Of a stretch of DNA of 64,000 nucleotides, positions 59,701-62,700 are shown piece by piece. Numbering within the stretch: the stretch's first letter is position 1; every line of letters starts with the position of its first letter. The DNA lies in NCBI GenBank assembly GCA_041690595.1, contig JAWLHB010000017.1:1-64000 (forward strand). Direction: 5' to 3'. The notes beneath the pieces are model-generated. The model was not told the origin of the DNA and searched no databases. It was given only the letters and a program-made list of their open reading frames with translations. A program made the position numbers and the translations under genes. The DNA comes from Lentisphaeria bacterium (GTDB lineage: Bacteria; Verrucomicrobiota; Lentisphaeria; JABSQK01; JAWLHB01).

Positions 59701-62700
59701 GATGAAGCCGGTCGACGCTGTCGTCACCTCAAGTTTCGCATCATCCTTCAGCAGTTTCAGGCGCAGATCCCGCTGCGTCACGGGCGTGATGCCGCGATCC
59801 CACAGAATCTTGCCTTCGTACAGGTCGTCTCCGAAGAAGGTATTGATGTCGTGACGGAGGAAGACGGTAATCGTCTCAGACTCCCCAGCTTCCAGGTAAC
59901 CCCAAGTCTTGTCATACCGGAATGGAGCAGTATTGCCGGAAGTGCGAAGTACCCATTCGAGTGTCCCACCGCCGGTATTCGTTACCGTGTACGTAGCAGG
60001 CTCACGGTTGGAGGTGAAGCTGGTCGATCCTTCCTTCCCTTCGAAGAGCAGCCCCTCTTCTGGAGTGACCGTCATGTTTGGCGGAAGTGCCGCATTCACG
60101 GCGAGATTCACTTCGCGATAATCGGTGCCGCTGCCATTGCTCTGGTTGACGAAGTTGATCCGCAGGCTGTGCGCCCCAATGCCCAAGGTGTTCACGACTG
60201 AGGGCACCAGGCTTGCAGTCAGCGTTATGCGGTCGCCAACGCCCAAGGTTCCCGAGGTCGCCGAAATGCTGACCCAGGTATTGCTGGTATTCGCGGACCA
60301 CAGGATCGCACTGCCACCTGTGTTCTTAATCACGTACGTCTCGAAAGCCGCCTCGGAATGGAACTGACCAATCTCAGTGCTGATCGTGAAGGCCTTCTCC
60401 GCCGGCTCAACTACCGAAAGCGCCCCCTGACCAGTGAGGACGTTGACGCTGACCATGCGTTCTGCCACAGCCAGACCAGCCGCGCCGAAACTCAGCGTCG
60501 CGACATTGCTGCTAGCACTGAGACTGAAGGCTGCGCTGTTGAGCGAAACCTTGATAGCCGCGCTGGTATTCGGCTCAAGCTCGCCCTTGTTGCTGGAGAG
60601 CGTCAACCATGGTGCGGAGGAAATCGCGGTCCAACTGATCGCCGTGCCACCAATATTACTGATGGTATAGACATCGTCAGCCTGCTGCAGGGTGAAGGGC
60701 CCGCCAACTCCGCCGACGTAGCTCAGGTCGCTCTCCGGTGTAACCGCCAAACGTCCGGGCTGCGGCGGCGACACATCCAGCTTCGCCTCACGAATCGTGC
60801 TGCCGGCGCCAGTGGTCGTATTCGCGAACGTCAACGTCAAATCATAAGAACCAACCGCCCTTTGGTTGGTTTCGTCATTGGTCGAGACATTGACGATCAC
60901 AGAACCCTTCGCTTCGAGTGTTCCCGCGGTACTCGATAACGTCAACCAGGAATCACTTGCCGCTGCAGACCATGTTATGCGCTGGCCACCGGTGTTGGTC
61001 AATTCGTATTGCTTGCTGCTTCTGGGGATCAGGCCTTGGGTCCCGCTGATCGCGATGTTCTCCGGCGTCAGAGCCGGCAGGGCACGCACTTCGAGCAAAC
61101 CCGGATTCCCGTCGATCAGAAGTCCGATCTCGCGTGACGAATGGTAAACACCATTCTGGTAGATGTTCAGCGTGGCTGCATGAGCACCGTCCGGCAAGCT
61201 GTAGGCAGATGAGTTGGCAGATATGACCAGCTCCGTGCTGCCGCTCGGCTGCAGTATGCCTGATCGGTTGTTGATGCTGAACCATGTGGCCGACGTACTC
61301 ACCGACCAGGCAACGCCGACACTTCCGGAGTTGGTAAGCGTGTAGCGGTCAAGAGCTGCACCAGTGAGCGAATCCGCCCGGTAGACAAAAGGTCCGCCGA
61401 TCGGCCCGGAAAGCTGCATGGCCTGCTCAGGCTGAACGACCAATCTTCCTGGCGCATACGGACGAACACTCAGGAAGGCACCCTGCGTGAATCCGGTACC
61501 ACCGGGCCAGGATACCGAAATATTGGCGGTATAGGGGCCTGGAGCGAGTGTACGTGCGACTGCATCATTGATACCTACGGTCACAATCGTACTTGCATCC
61601 GGCATCAGGGAGCCGCGATAGTTGAAGAGGCTGAGCCATGGCTGGTCTACCGACAAAGTGTAGAGGGTCTCGATCCCACCTGTGTTCTTCAGGCTGTAGC
61701 TCTTGGTCAACGGAGCGAAGGGACCACGCTCGAAACCACTGCTGATCAAAGCAACATCTCCCGCAACCGGTGCCATTTCGATTTCCGCACTGTTGGGAAG
61801 AATGTTGATGAAAGCTGGGCGATAGGCCACATCAACGCTGGCGAATGGATCGCGAATAAATCTGATCATCTCAGTATAGACGCCAACATTCAGCTTCTTG
61901 GCGTTGGCATTGATGCTTACTTGTAACTCTACAGATTGTTTCGGAAGCAGGAAACCTTCCCGTGTGTCCGTTGAAAGCCAGGAAGCCAGTGCCCGAATCT
62001 GATACTCGATAATGGTCCCGCCTGGATTGGTAAGCGTATAGATCGTGCTCTCGGGACTGTAGGGACCGGTAAACCGTAGACCGCTGCTCACCAGATCACC
62101 TTGATCACTGCTCACAACCAGATAGCCGGGTTCAGCCTGCAGAACGACGAGGCTCGCATAGCGCTCCCCATCCCCATTACCATTCGTCGTGTTCAGGAAG
62201 CTGACCGTTGCCTGATAGCTGCCAACCGCCAGCGTCTCCGAGTTGCTGTTCAACGCGGCCGCTATCGTCACGCCTTCTCCAGGCTCAAGCGTTCCTGAAC
62301 TGCTGCTCAGGCTGATCCAGTTGACATTCGGCGAAGCATTCCAGTTCACCGCCGTGCCACCGATGTTGCGAAGGTAATAGACCGCGTTGTCTGGCGCAAA
62401 ATCGCCGTACCTTAACCCACTGATCTGCCACACGGCATCATTCTGCGCGTCAGTGATCTCAAGCGTACCAACATCGTCCACGACGGTCACGTCGACGGTT
62501 CGGCCGGTAAGGTTGATGCCATTCTGGAAGAACGAAACCACATCCTGATGATTGCCGACAGCCAAGGTGCTGGCAGCCGCATTGAGGCGTACCGTGACCG
62601 TCGCGGTGCCGGTCGGTTCGAGGGTGCCACCAACGCTTGAAAGCGAGAGCCATGCGGCGGTCGCGCCTGCACTCCATTCCAGCGAGGTGTCGCCCTCATT